Notes under the pieces: generated by a model
The model's database searches: none
Told to the model about the DNA's origin: nothing
The model's input: the letters and a program-made list of their open reading frames with translations, nothing else
Translations under genes and position numbers: made by a program
In this document: piece after piece, positions 1 through 8,641 of the stretch
Position numbering within the stretch: the stretch's first letter is position 1
Layout: each line of letters starts with the position of its first letter
Assembly (NCBI RefSeq): GCF_000018105.1
Contig: NC_009925.1
Span: 960,001 to 992,000 of the forward strand
Direction of reading: 5' to 3'
Length of the DNA: 32,000 nucleotides
Origin: Acaryochloris marina MBIC11017
GTDB lineage: Bacteria > Cyanobacteriota > Cyanobacteriia > Thermosynechococcales > Thermosynechococcaceae

Positions 1-897
1 TACTCGCGAATATGGGCATTCACATCGGTGGACAACACCTGGTAAACAATCACCACCCCGACGACAAAGGCCATCGCGGTGCCTAAGCCGAAAATAAAAA
101 CCCACGGGGCTACGCACCTGCCAGTAGGCGGTTTCAAAGGCAATAAACTCTTCCAGGGTTAAGACCTGAACATCTTCTGGGAGATGATCCTTTAGGGTTG
201 CCACCACTTGTTCTGGGTTCGCATTCGGCTCCAGTCGGATTAGCCCCAAATTGATGCTGCCCGCCTGTCGTCGAGGAAATTGCAACAGAAAATTCTGGTC
301 ACTGGTAATTAAAGTCCCATCTGCGCCGAAGGAAGCCCCCATCTCAAATAATCCGGCAATGGTAATAGTGCGGCGTTGCGCTTCGGTCTGCACAGGTTTG
401 CCTTGATCAATGAGGGCAAAAGACTCGGCATAATCTCCTCTAGAGCCTCGGTCGAAGATAAACGTATCCGGCTGTTTCACCAAGGGAAGTTTCTCCGTCA
501 GTCCTGGTAGATTCATGGCAGATCGATCAGGATTAAACCCAATCACCTGGACTAAGGTTTCTCGCTTGGTCTGGGGATTTTTCCAGTTCAATGTATTGAT
601 ATAGAAGGGTTCCGCGAATTTCACCCCCGGAACATCCTGTGCCTGATACAACCGTCGTCGAGAAAAGGTGGACAGGGCTTGCAGATTTCGGGCTTGGGGA
701 CTCAGAAGAACAATATCCGCATTTAAGGTGCGGTGCAGTTGGGTATTACTGACAAACAAAGAGGCCTGAAAACCCATCTGCATAAACATCAGCACATCCG
801 CAAAGGCAATACCGGCTAAAGCGACCAACAATCTGCCTTTTTCATGGCTGAGCTGGAGCCACCCCAACGGGGTACGTTTGGAGAGCGGAGCCTTCAT
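1..897 (-). CDS. DevC-family ABC exporter permease (FtsX-like), 3-prime end cut by window edge; reading frame appears to break near 96-100 (possible pseudogene or sequence error)
   Basis: The ATG at 897 overlaps the devB-like stop (ATGA). My hand translation gives MKAPLSKRTPLGWLQLSHEKGRLLVALAGIAFADVLMFMQMGFQASLF..., typical of DevC/FtsX-type permease N-termini. After ...AYWQVRSPVGF the plausible hydrophobic sequence (IFGLGTAMAFVVGVVIVYQVLSTDVNAHIREY) continues in a different frame. Confidence 0.7.
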   Translation of the reverse strand, partial: MKAPLSKRTPLGWLQLSHEKGRLLVALAGIAFADVLMFMQMGFQASLFVSNTQLHRTLNADIVLLSPQARNLQALSTFSRRRLYQAQDVPGVKFAEPFYINTLNWKNPQTKRETLVQVIGFNPDRSAMNLPGLTEKLPLVKQPDTFIFDRGSRGDYAESFALIDQGKPVQTEAQRRTITIAGLFEMGASFGADGTLITSDQNFLLQFPRRQAGSINLGLIRLEPNANPEQVVATLKDHLPEDVQVLTLEEFIAFETAYWQVRSPVGFYFRLRHRDGLCRRGGDCLPGVVHRCECPYSRV

Positions 898-2081
898 AAC
901 TGCACCGTCACATTCACTTGCAAATTGGTAAATTGGGCAGCCTGTTGGCTAGAGGTGTTGTCCAACTTGATGTAAACCTCCACCACTCGGCCATCGATAT
1001 TTTCGCTGGGGTCGGTGTTAATAATGGTTTGCCGCCGGACCTTGGTGCTAACTCGATCGACGGTGCCCGATAAGGATTGGGGCAAGGCCTCGCTGTTCAC
1101 TTTGACGGCCTGCCCAGTTTTGATCTTACGTACATCGCTTTGATAGACCTCTGCCACCGCATACATTTGCTGCGTTTGGCCCAGCTCTAGGATGCCGTCT
1201 GTCCCCACGACTTCACCCGGATGGGTATGGATATCCAATACCACTCCCGATTGAGGCGCTTTAATATAGGCTTGATCCAGTCTGGCCTGGGCCTGCTTAA
1301 CGCTAGCGCGAGCTTGGTTGATATTGGCTTGGGCGACATTCACATCCACTGGACGCACTTCAGCAATTTGATTGAGGCGAGCCCGAGCCGCAACTAGTTC
1401 AGGAGATTGAACGGCCTGTAAACGGTTGGCTACGGCTTGAGCTTCCTGTAGACTGCGTTGGGCCGTTTGCAGCACCAACTGTTTTTGATCCCGTTCTGAA
1501 GCCGAGATTGCTCCTTGCTGATAGAGGGATTGATAGCGGTTGAATTCGGCTAGGGCATTGTCTACTTCGGCATGGCGGCGGGCAATGGTTGCGGATTGAG
1601 CCGTCATTTCCCCCTGTCGTTGGGCATCTAATCGGGCAATCTCCGCGCGCTGGGCCGCCAGTTCCCCCTGCTTGGCCCCCGCTTTAATTCGAGCGAGTTC
1701 TGCTTCTGCTACCCGCACCTGCTCTTGAGCCGTCTGCAAATCCGCTTGAAGGCGATCGCGACTATCGAGAATGGCAATGATTTGTCCCGAAGAAACGGCC
1801 TCCCCTTCCTTTACCAATAGTTGGGACATTCGATTCCCTTCCGCACTGCTAGGGGCCGAAAGCTGGACCAGTTCTCCTTGAGGTTCTAGGCGTCCTAAGG
1901 CCGAGACGGTCTTAATCTCTAGAGGCGCAGGAGGGATTTCGGACTGGCTTTGGGAATTGGAATACTGCCGCAGGGTCCATACAGAGACCCCACCCAAGGC
2001 TAGGGCAGCTGCGATCGCAACCCAGGTTACGCGGGGCCAATTCAATCGAGATTGTTGGGACACACTATTTGAGACCATCAC
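894..2081 (-). CDS. DevB/HlyD-family membrane fusion protein of an ABC exporter
   Basis: 395-aa ORF with an N-terminal TM (VTWVAIAAALALGGVSVWTL). It has a long Q/A/R-rich coiled-coil flanked by beta-barrel/lipoyl-like segments, as in HlyD/DevB proteins. It is translationally coupled to the permease gene. GTG at 2081 is followed directly by ATG at 2078. Confidence 0.88.
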   Translation of the reverse strand: MMVSNSVSQQSRLNWPRVTWVAIAAALALGGVSVWTLRQYSNSQSQSEIPPAPLEIKTVSALGRLEPQGELVQLSAPSSAEGNRMSQLLVKEGEAVSSGQIIAILDSRDRLQADLQTAQEQVRVAEAELARIKAGAKQGELAAQRAEIARLDAQRQGEMTAQSATIARRHAEVDNALAEFNRYQSLYQQGAISASERDQKQLVLQTAQRSLQEAQAVANRLQAVQSPELVAARARLNQIAEVRPVDVNVAQANINQARASVKQAQARLDQAYIKAPQSGVVLDIHTHPGEVVGTDGILELGQTQQMYAVAEVYQSDVRKIKTGQAVKVNSEALPQSLSGTVDRVSTKVRRQTIINTDPSENIDGRVVEVYIKLDNTSSQQAAQFTNLQVNVTVQL

Positions 2082-2098
2082 CCGTCTCCAAAGAGAAT

Positions 2099-2115
2099 AA
2101 CTAAACTGTTTAGTT
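2099..2115. promoter_or_regulatory. 17-bp perfect palindrome AACTAAAC-T-GTTTAGTT, candidate TetR operator in the devB/tetR divergent intergenic region
   Basis: Read directly from the sequence, 18 bp upstream of the devB-like start. It shares the half-site ACTAAAC/GTTTAGT with the second inverted repeat at 2134-2153. Confidence 0.55.
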
Positions 2116-2133
2116 TAGATTTGATATTATTAG

Positions 2134-2153
2134 ACTAAACTGAGTAGTTTAGT
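2134..2153. promoter_or_regulatory. Second inverted repeat ACTAAAC-N6-GTTTAGT, candidate TetR operator
   Basis: It uses the same 7-bp half-sites as the palindrome at 2099-2115 but with a 6-bp spacer. It lies between the divergent devB-like and tetR-like genes. Confidence 0.45.
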
Positions 2154-2229
2154 TCTGTCAAGGGCGGACCCACTTTGCCCTAGGATGGGGAAACTAGCGG
2201 TTTAATTGCTGAATTGGCGCCCGCCCACC

Positions 2230-2853
2230 ATGGATACCAAATCTCCCCCCTCCGAACGTCAGCTGTCTGCAACCAAACGCAGCGCCATTTTGTCAGGGGC
2301 AATGCAAGAGTTTTTAGCCCAAGGCTATGCCGCCACCACGATGGATCGGGTGGCAGCAGCAGCAAAGGTCTCTAAAGCCACGGTCTATAGCCACTTTAAA
2401 GATAAGGAAGGGTTGTTTATTGCGCTGGTGCAGCAATTACAGGAGAAAAAATTTCAGGTGGTCTATGGCTCACCGGAAGGGAAACGCCTACAGGGGCCTC
2501 CGCGGCAGGTGTTGCATCATCTCGCCAGCAATATGTTAGAGAACATCATCGAAGATAAGCCCTTCCAAGCCTTTATGCGGTTGATTATTGGGGAGTCGGG
2601 TCGTTTCCCAGAACTAGCGCGAGCCTTCAGCCACCATACCCCCCGCTGTTTTCTATCGATTTTGAAAGACTATTTAGGAGCTCAATCGGGGCTCAACCTC
2701 AAGGATCCAGAAGCGACGGCCCGCATTTTTATCGGTAGCTTAGTGCATTACGTGATTTTTCAGGAGCTACTCTACGCCAAAGAAGTTGTACCGTTTGCAC
2801 GTGAACGGATGATTCAAGGACTCGTTGATCTGATTGTTAATGACTCGGCATAA
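2230..2853 (+). CDS. TetR/AcrR-family transcriptional regulator
   Basis: N-terminal HTH signature: KRSAILSGAMQEFLAQGYAATTMDRVAAAAKVSKATVYSHFKDKEGLF. The track ORF begins at TTG 2206, and the first ATG is at 2230. The gene is divergent from the exporter genes. Confidence 0.88.
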   Translation: MDTKSPPSERQLSATKRSAILSGAMQEFLAQGYAATTMDRVAAAAKVSKATVYSHFKDKEGLFIALVQQLQEKKFQVVYGSPEGKRLQGPPRQVLHHLASNMLENIIEDKPFQAFMRLIIGESGRFPELARAFSHHTPRCFLSILKDYLGAQSGLNLKDPEATARIFIGSLVHYVIFQELLYAKEVVPFARERMIQGLVDLIVNDSA

Positions 2854-3100
2854 CTCTTTGCTGCTCCAGTCTTAGGGGATTTTCTAGGGATAAATGCCCC
2901 AAAGGTCAGCAACCTGAATGGGGTTAGGATTCAGTTTCAGTGCCTGTATTTGAAGGATTGAGCCGATGGGTTCAATTTAGAATCTGCCCATAAAAAAGAA
3001 CCGAAAGCACCCCTTCTGCAACAACTCAAAATGGATATGCATGGGGCTCCATTAAAGCCTTACAATTTATGTAGCTAGATTACAAAATATTGAGGAACTA

Positions 3101-3493
3101 ATGGAGTATACCCTGCCAGCAATCTATAACATTCCTTCCCCCCCTTACTTTCTCGTCCTGATTGCAGCTGTGCTTGGCGTAGCTTGTGGTAAAGCCTTTG
3201 AAGTGTCCTTAAAGCAAAAGGCCGAAGAATGGTCAAAGCGAAAAACAAACAAACCCCTGAGTGATGTTGCTGAAATTCGGCTGCTTTTTCCCTTGGCTGG
3301 CGTTTGTCTCTGTAGTTGGGTCTTTTTGGGATCTGCCTTAACCATCTTTGCTGTGTCCTGGGCCCAAGGGTTTACCACTGCCTTTTTTGTGGTGACCTTT
3401 AGTGCTGTTCTACTGTGGACACAAATGATTCAGGTTATGAAAGCTATTGAAGAAGGTGGATCTGAAGCCTTAGAAATTACCAGCATTTTCTAA
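3101..3493 (+). CDS. Hypothetical small membrane protein (about 3-4 predicted TM segments)
   Basis: 130-aa ORF with an ATG start and hydrophobic stretches (YFLVLIAAVLGVACG, LLFPLAGVCLCSWVFLGSALTIFAV, TTAFFVVTFSAVLLW). I recognise no family. Confidence 0.4.
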   Translation: MEYTLPAIYNIPSPPYFLVLIAAVLGVACGKAFEVSLKQKAEEWSKRKTNKPLSDVAEIRLLFPLAGVCLCSWVFLGSALTIFAVSWAQGFTTAFFVVTFSAVLLWTQMIQVMKAIEEGGSEALEITSIF

Positions 3494-3528
3494 TGTCGAG
3501 TTGTTGAAGGGACTGATTCTGCTTAATC

Positions 3529-4734
3529 ATGACCCTGAGCTTGTGCATGATTGTCAAAAATGAGGCAGCGAGCTTATCTCGCTGCCTTAAAAGTGTAGAG
3601 GGGTGGGTGGATGAGATGATCATCGTGGACACGGGGTCCACCGATAACACTCCCTCGATCGCCCAATCCTTCGGGGCCAAAGTTTACAACTATGCCTGGA
3701 ACAATGACTTTGCCGCTGCTCGTAATTTTGGATTGCAATATGTGCAGTCAGATTGGGTGCTGGTTTTAGATGCCGATGAAGTGCTGAACCCGGAGGTTAA
3801 GCCTCAACTGCAAGGCATTCTACAGCAGGAAAATCTACTGGCGGTGACATTACTACGGCATGAAGTGGGGGCTCAGCAGTCCCCGTATTCATTGCTGTCT
3901 CGTCTTTTTCGCAATCACCCGCACATCCGTTTTCAGCGTCCCTATCATGAACTGATTGATGATTGTGTGCTGGCCCTACAGAAGCAAGAATCGCACTGGC
4001 AGGTAGGGCATATACCTGAAGTTGCTATTGAGCATTTTGGTTATCAGGTGGATGCGATCGCAACCCGTAACAAACACCAGCGGGCCTGCGAAATTATGGC
4101 TGCTGCCCTGGCAAACAATCCCAACGACGCTTATCTTTGCAGCAAGCTAGGGGCTTTATATGTGGATATGGGCCAAGTTGAACCCGGTATGCATTTGCTC
4201 CAACAAGGCCTGAACCTGGATCCACCTGAAGCCTCCATTCGCTACGAACTCCATTATCATCTGGGCCATACCTATGCTCGATGTCAACAGGCAGCCCTGG
4301 CCCTTCATCACTACCAGCAAGCCGTCCAGCAAAAGTTACCTGGGCTCCTCAAGCTGGGGGCTTACAACAATTGGGCCAATTTACTCCAAGACCGCGGCCA
4401 ATATGAGCAGGCAAGTCAACAGTATCAACAGATCATTGCCCTGCAACCCGATTGGGCAGTGGGCTATTACAACTTAGGGCTAACCCGTAGAGCAATGGGG
4501 GATTTGTCAGGAGCGATTGCCGCCTACCGCCAAGCCATCCAAAAACAACCTGACTATGCAGAGGCCTATCAAAATCTAGGGGTGGCTCTGTTCAAGCAAG
4601 GCCAGCTTCAGGCCAGTCAGCAAGCTTTCAGTCGGGCCATTGCCCTCCATCGCCAACACAACAATATCGCTGCCGCAAAACAATTACAGCAGGGGGTTGC
4701 CGAATTGGGATTACCCGACTTTCCTTATGCCTAA
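3529..4734 (+). CDS. Family 2 glycosyltransferase fused to C-terminal TPR repeats
   Basis: The N-terminus LSLCMIVKNEAASLSRCLKSVEGWVDEMIIVDTGSTDNT...DFAAARN...LVLDADE is the classic GT2 (DxD-containing) core. The C-terminal half has repeated TPR-like units (AYLCSKLGALY, YYNLGLTRRAMGDLSGAIAAYRQAIQKQPDYAEAYQNLGVAL). Confidence 0.85.
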   Translation: MTLSLCMIVKNEAASLSRCLKSVEGWVDEMIIVDTGSTDNTPSIAQSFGAKVYNYAWNNDFAAARNFGLQYVQSDWVLVLDADEVLNPEVKPQLQGILQQENLLAVTLLRHEVGAQQSPYSLLSRLFRNHPHIRFQRPYHELIDDCVLALQKQESHWQVGHIPEVAIEHFGYQVDAIATRNKHQRACEIMAAALANNPNDAYLCSKLGALYVDMGQVEPGMHLLQQGLNLDPPEASIRYELHYHLGHTYARCQQAALALHHYQQAVQQKLPGLLKLGAYNNWANLLQDRGQYEQASQQYQQIIALQPDWAVGYYNLGLTRRAMGDLSGAIAAYRQAIQKQPDYAEAYQNLGVALFKQGQLQASQQAFSRAIALHRQHNNIAAAKQLQQGVAELGLPDFPYA

Positions 4735-4741
4735 GTCTTAG

Positions 4742-6310
4742 CTACAGCAGATCATCGTCGCTTAAGCCTTTAACATCTTGCACAATCCGAGATAGGTCTC
4801 GTTTCTCATCCAAGGAGACCCGGGTAGGCGTACCACTGATAATGCCTTCAAAGTTATGGAACGCATTTTTAATCTCTGGACCATGCTGACTAATGGAATA
4901 TTCGCGAATTCCCTTATCATGCCAGGAGCCTCTCATCTTGAAGACATTGATGGCCCGGGACATTTCGCCCAGAATTTCCACATATTGCAGCATCAAAATC
5001 GTGTCTGTAATCGTGGAAATATGGGATTCCGTGATCGAGTGGGAACCTAAAAAGTGATCCGTTGTATTGGTAAAGAAGCCGGTGATTTCTTCCTGCTTAG
5101 CAAACCCCGTTACGCCAATCACAAACTGACGGAAAGCATTGTTGCTAACCCCCCGCGCTAAGGCCGAAAGAGAGTCAATCGAAATTCGCGATGGTTTAAA
5201 TTCAGCAATCTCGGATTTAATTTGCTGCAGGTGATCTTCTAACCCGGCCGATTCTGGATAGGTACAGAGGATTTTAAGGAGGCCTTTTTGTTCCATCTCC
5301 TCAAAGTCAATCCCCCAGGAGTAAGCATTCCGGGATAGCTGAGCCCGAGATTCCTCATAGGCGAACAGAATAGCGCGGTCACCATTCTTACAGGCATCTT
5401 CTAGAAACTTACTGACCAGTAAGGTTTTCCCAGTTCCTGTCGCCCCCGTGACTAAGATAATTGAGTCTTTAAAGAAGCCACCTCCGCACATCTCATCCAA
5501 CGTTTGAACCCCAGAAGAGACCCGAGCATTGGAAGATCGCTGGGTGAGGCGCATGGCACCGAGGGGGAAGATATTAATGCCATCATCCGTAATTGTGAAG
5601 GGATACTCCCCCTTCATATGGCTGGTGCCCCGTAATTTCAAAATTTCTAAGGTTCGTCGGCGTCGCTCCCCTTCTAGGACATTGCGAACAATCACGACAT
5701 TATCGGAGACAAATTCTTCGACACCGTATCGCGCCACGGGACCATATTCATCCACCCGTTCAGTGGTCATTACCGTCGTCACGCCAATTTGCTTGAGACG
5801 AGCGGTTAGCCTGAAAATCTCTCGCCGAACTACTGTCGCCGCATCATACTGCTGAAAAATAGCGGTCACCGAGTCAATGCCGACTCGCTTGGCCTGATAC
5901 TTGCTGATGGCATACTGAATACGCTCAATCAGGGCAGATAGATCGAATTCTCCTGCAATATCCTGCCCTTCTGGGTCAGGAGACGCATCGAGTATAAATA
6001 GCTTGCCATCGTCCATGAGTTGTTGAAGATCCCATCCAAAGCTCAAGGCGTTTTGGATGATATCTTTAGGCGACTCTTCAAAGGTGACAAACACAGCCGG
6101 GTCATCAAAATGAACAATGCCGTGATAGAGGAACTGTATGGCGAACATTGTTTTGCCCGTTCCAGAGGTTCCACTAACCAGAGTGGTTCGTCCCAGTGGT
6201 ATGCCCCCATGACTAATATCGTCAAAGCCTTCGATACGAGTCAAAATCTTGGTTACTTCGACTTTATTCTTATCGTTCTTTTTATACTGAGATAAATTAC
6301 TTTTCTTCAT
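4742..6310 (-). CDS. kaiC: Circadian clock protein kinase KaiC
   Basis: Duplicated RecA-like halves with Walker A motifs GTSGTGKT and GATGTGKT. It also has the EGFDDISHGG motif and the phosphosite segment ESHISTITDTI. It sits immediately downstream of kaiB. Confidence 0.98.
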   Translation of the reverse strand: MKKSNLSQYKKNDKNKVEVTKILTRIEGFDDISHGGIPLGRTTLVSGTSGTGKTMFAIQFLYHGIVHFDDPAVFVTFEESPKDIIQNALSFGWDLQQLMDDGKLFILDASPDPEGQDIAGEFDLSALIERIQYAISKYQAKRVGIDSVTAIFQQYDAATVVRREIFRLTARLKQIGVTTVMTTERVDEYGPVARYGVEEFVSDNVVIVRNVLEGERRRRTLEILKLRGTSHMKGEYPFTITDDGINIFPLGAMRLTQRSSNARVSSGVQTLDEMCGGGFFKDSIILVTGATGTGKTLLVSKFLEDACKNGDRAILFAYEESRAQLSRNAYSWGIDFEEMEQKGLLKILCTYPESAGLEDHLQQIKSEIAEFKPSRISIDSLSALARGVSNNAFRQFVIGVTGFAKQEEITGFFTNTTDHFLGSHSITESHISTITDTILMLQYVEILGEMSRAINVFKMRGSWHDKGIREYSISQHGPEIKNAFHNFEGIISGTPTRVSLDEKRDLSRIVQDVKGLSDDDLL

Positions 6311-6381
6311 TGTTCATCTACATCAAAATGAATAAAAAATTTTAAAGTCGAATATGGGCTGAAGCCGCCTTATTAAGTAGG

Positions 6382-6696
6382 CTAGTACTCCATAATGCCA
6401 TCAGAAAGTTCTTCATAGAGTAGATCTAAACCAATCAGCACTCGCTCACGATCGGATAGATCACCAATAATTTTGCGAACGGGAGGGGGCAAAACTTTTG
6501 CTAGGGTTGGCGTCGCTAAAATTTTGTCTTCCTCAGCCAGTTGCGGATTTTTCAATACATCAATCACTTTTAGGGCATAAACGCCCTGAAATTCAGTTTC
6601 AAGAATATGATTTAAAGTTCTTAAAGCCCTGACAGAGTTAGGGGTGTTGCCAGCAACATAGAGTTTAAGAACATAGGTTTTTCTGATAGAGCTCAT
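6382..6696 (-). CDS. kaiB: Circadian clock protein KaiB
   Basis: 104 aa, with [26 protein letters not shown]...[26 protein letters not shown] matching the canonical KaiB sequence. It lies between kaiA and kaiC. Confidence 0.97.
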   Translation of the reverse strand: MSSIRKTYVLKLYVAGNTPNSVRALRTLNHILETEFQGVYALKVIDVLKNPQLAEEDKILATPTLAKVLPPPVRKIIGDLSDRERVLIGLDLLYEELSDGIMEY

Positions 6697-6729
6697 GGCA
6701 GGGAATTAGGGTTGATCGGTCTTGAATAA

Positions 6730-7629
6730 TTAACGGGTTTTGGGAATGGATCGACGATACATCTCACACAAATGGGCCATGATATCGATTAAGGTCAAGC
6801 GATAGTCCAACAGAATATCTTCATTGCGGCCTTCTAATTTTAGTTTTTTAGCAAAGGCATCCATTAACTCCATATGAATTTCTAATATTTTTAAGATTGA
6901 GATATCCGCAAAAAATATTTGAGTCACAAAGTCATCAATTTCTTGGTTCACACTACTATCTTGCCGAAAGTAGTTGAGAATGATATCTCGATAATCTCGC
7001 TTGAGGGTCACCAAGTAATCGGTTTGTTCTTCTTCGGTGAGTTTGTGAAAGAACTGTTGAGGATTGCGTTTGTAGTAAACCCCTAAGTAACCAAGACGCT
7101 CCTTGAGTTTTTGAGACAGCCGTTGCTGCTGGGTAGCAAGATTATCTTGGATGGCTTCGTCAGCATATTTTTTTTGCAATCTAGTGGGGAGTCGACAAGC
7201 TTTAGATAGCTGTAGAAACTGTGCGATCGCACAATCGATACTGGACAAAATATCCTCTTGATCATGATCCACAATCACTTCAGCAATGTGGTAGTAGCTG
7301 TCCTGTTGTGGGTCACGATCCGCAGAATTGGGTTGGGATGTCTTTTCTACCGATTCCTCAACCTGTAGCAGCACAGCAGGCAGTAAAATCGCTTCCCGGT
7401 GCAAATGACTGACAACTTTAGGGAGTGCGGCATTCTTTTCGAAGATGAGACAATCAATACGATGTTTGCCTTGTTCGACTATCTCTAAGAAATTGTCATA
7501 GGTTGCATGAACCAAACTATAACGATCGCCCTCCAAAATCTGGGTATAAAGGTCAACTAAAGATTCTGAACTCAGTAGTGTACAGATAAAGATCTGGGGA
7601 CGAGAGACCGCAGTTTGAGAAAGGGTCAT
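6730..7629 (-). CDS. kaiA: Circadian clock protein KaiA (full-length type)
   Basis: 299 aa. The C-terminal KaiC-binding domain ends ...YRLTLIDIMAHLCEMYRRSIP, as in characterised KaiA. The gene lies upstream of kaiBC on the same strand. Confidence 0.94.
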   Translation of the reverse strand: MTLSQTAVSRPQIFICTLLSSESLVDLYTQILEGDRYSLVHATYDNFLEIVEQGKHRIDCLIFEKNAALPKVVSHLHREAILLPAVLLQVEESVEKTSQPNSADRDPQQDSYYHIAEVIVDHDQEDILSSIDCAIAQFLQLSKACRLPTRLQKKYADEAIQDNLATQQQRLSQKLKERLGYLGVYYKRNPQQFFHKLTEEEQTDYLVTLKRDYRDIILNYFRQDSSVNQEIDDFVTQIFFADISILKILEIHMELMDAFAKKLKLEGRNEDILLDYRLTLIDIMAHLCEMYRRSIPKTR

Positions 7630-7835
7630 AACGCCAATTTTATCTAATTATTAAGAAATACTTTAGCATCAAATGAGATTATGAAGGAATATTAAGTTAT
7701 GTATAAAGAAGCGGATTTCATTGCCTGGGGAACGACTCTCTCTTGGACGTGAGCTAGAGACCAGTGGTGACTTAACTTCAGAAATTTATCGGATAACGAA
7801 ATAATTTTTCCTTCAATGACCCATAACGACTTCTT

Positions 7836-8582
7836 ATGATTAAAGACCGCTCAAAACTCCATATCCTCTACATGCAAATTCGTGACGATCAAGTAACACG
7901 AATCGAAGAGCTACAGGAATTTGCGCGTCATAGCCAACTGAATGAAAGCCAGTTCACCCCTCTCAACGTCTTTGATCAACCCGTCTTTTCCCCGGACTAT
8001 GCCAATCGGTTTGACGCCGTATTTGTGGGGGGGTCAAGCGATGCTTCAGTCCTCAAGCCGGATCAATATCCTTTTGTGGAGCCTGCCAAGCAATTACTCA
8101 AACATTGTGTCGATCACACTATTCCGGTGTTTGCTTCCTGCTTTGGTTTTCAGTTAGGGGTAGAAGCCTTAGGTGGGAAAGTCATCCATGATGCCCAAAA
8201 TATGGAAATGGGGATTTACCCAATGCAGCTCACTTCAGCCGCTTGGGACGATCAATTGTTCGCTGATACCCCTGAACGATTTTTAGTCGTTTCGGGCCAT
8301 AAAGAGCGGGCCTTTAAACTGCCGCCTCATACTCAATTACTAGCATTTACAGAACGTTGTCCCTACCATGCCTTTAAAGTAATGGATAAACCGTTCTACG
8401 GCTTTCAGTTTCATCCTGAGGTGGATCACCATGATTTAGCTGCCCGCATTACTCGCTATCAAGATCGGTATCTGGAGACGGATGGGGCCTTACAAGCCAT
8501 CCTTGATAACCTCCACCCCACACCAGAGTCAAATCGACTCATTCTCAAATTCGTTGATCGGATTCTGCTGCAAAAAAGGTAA
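7836..8582 (+). CDS. Class I glutamine amidotransferase-like protein (GATase1 domain)
   Basis: Nucleophile-elbow-like SCFGFQ and the downstream GFQFHPE motif. The size (248 aa) is typical of stand-alone GATase1 proteins. Confidence 0.75.
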   Translation: MIKDRSKLHILYMQIRDDQVTRIEELQEFARHSQLNESQFTPLNVFDQPVFSPDYANRFDAVFVGGSSDASVLKPDQYPFVEPAKQLLKHCVDHTIPVFASCFGFQLGVEALGGKVIHDAQNMEMGIYPMQLTSAAWDDQLFADTPERFLVVSGHKERAFKLPPHTQLLAFTERCPYHAFKVMDKPFYGFQFHPEVDHHDLAARITRYQDRYLETDGALQAILDNLHPTPESNRLILKFVDRILLQKR

Positions 8583-8641
8583 AATCGGCACTTGCCCGAT
8601 GCCTTAACTCTTAGCCCTTTTATCCCCAGTTAGGTAATTTC

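Noticed and set aside
4856-6295. Plus-strand ORFs inside kaiC (4856-5050, 5529-5855, 6020-6295) and the minus-strand alternative frame 6043-6225
   Set aside because: They are antisense or off-frame within a very well supported gene. Their Arg/Ser-rich composition is typical of non-coding frames.
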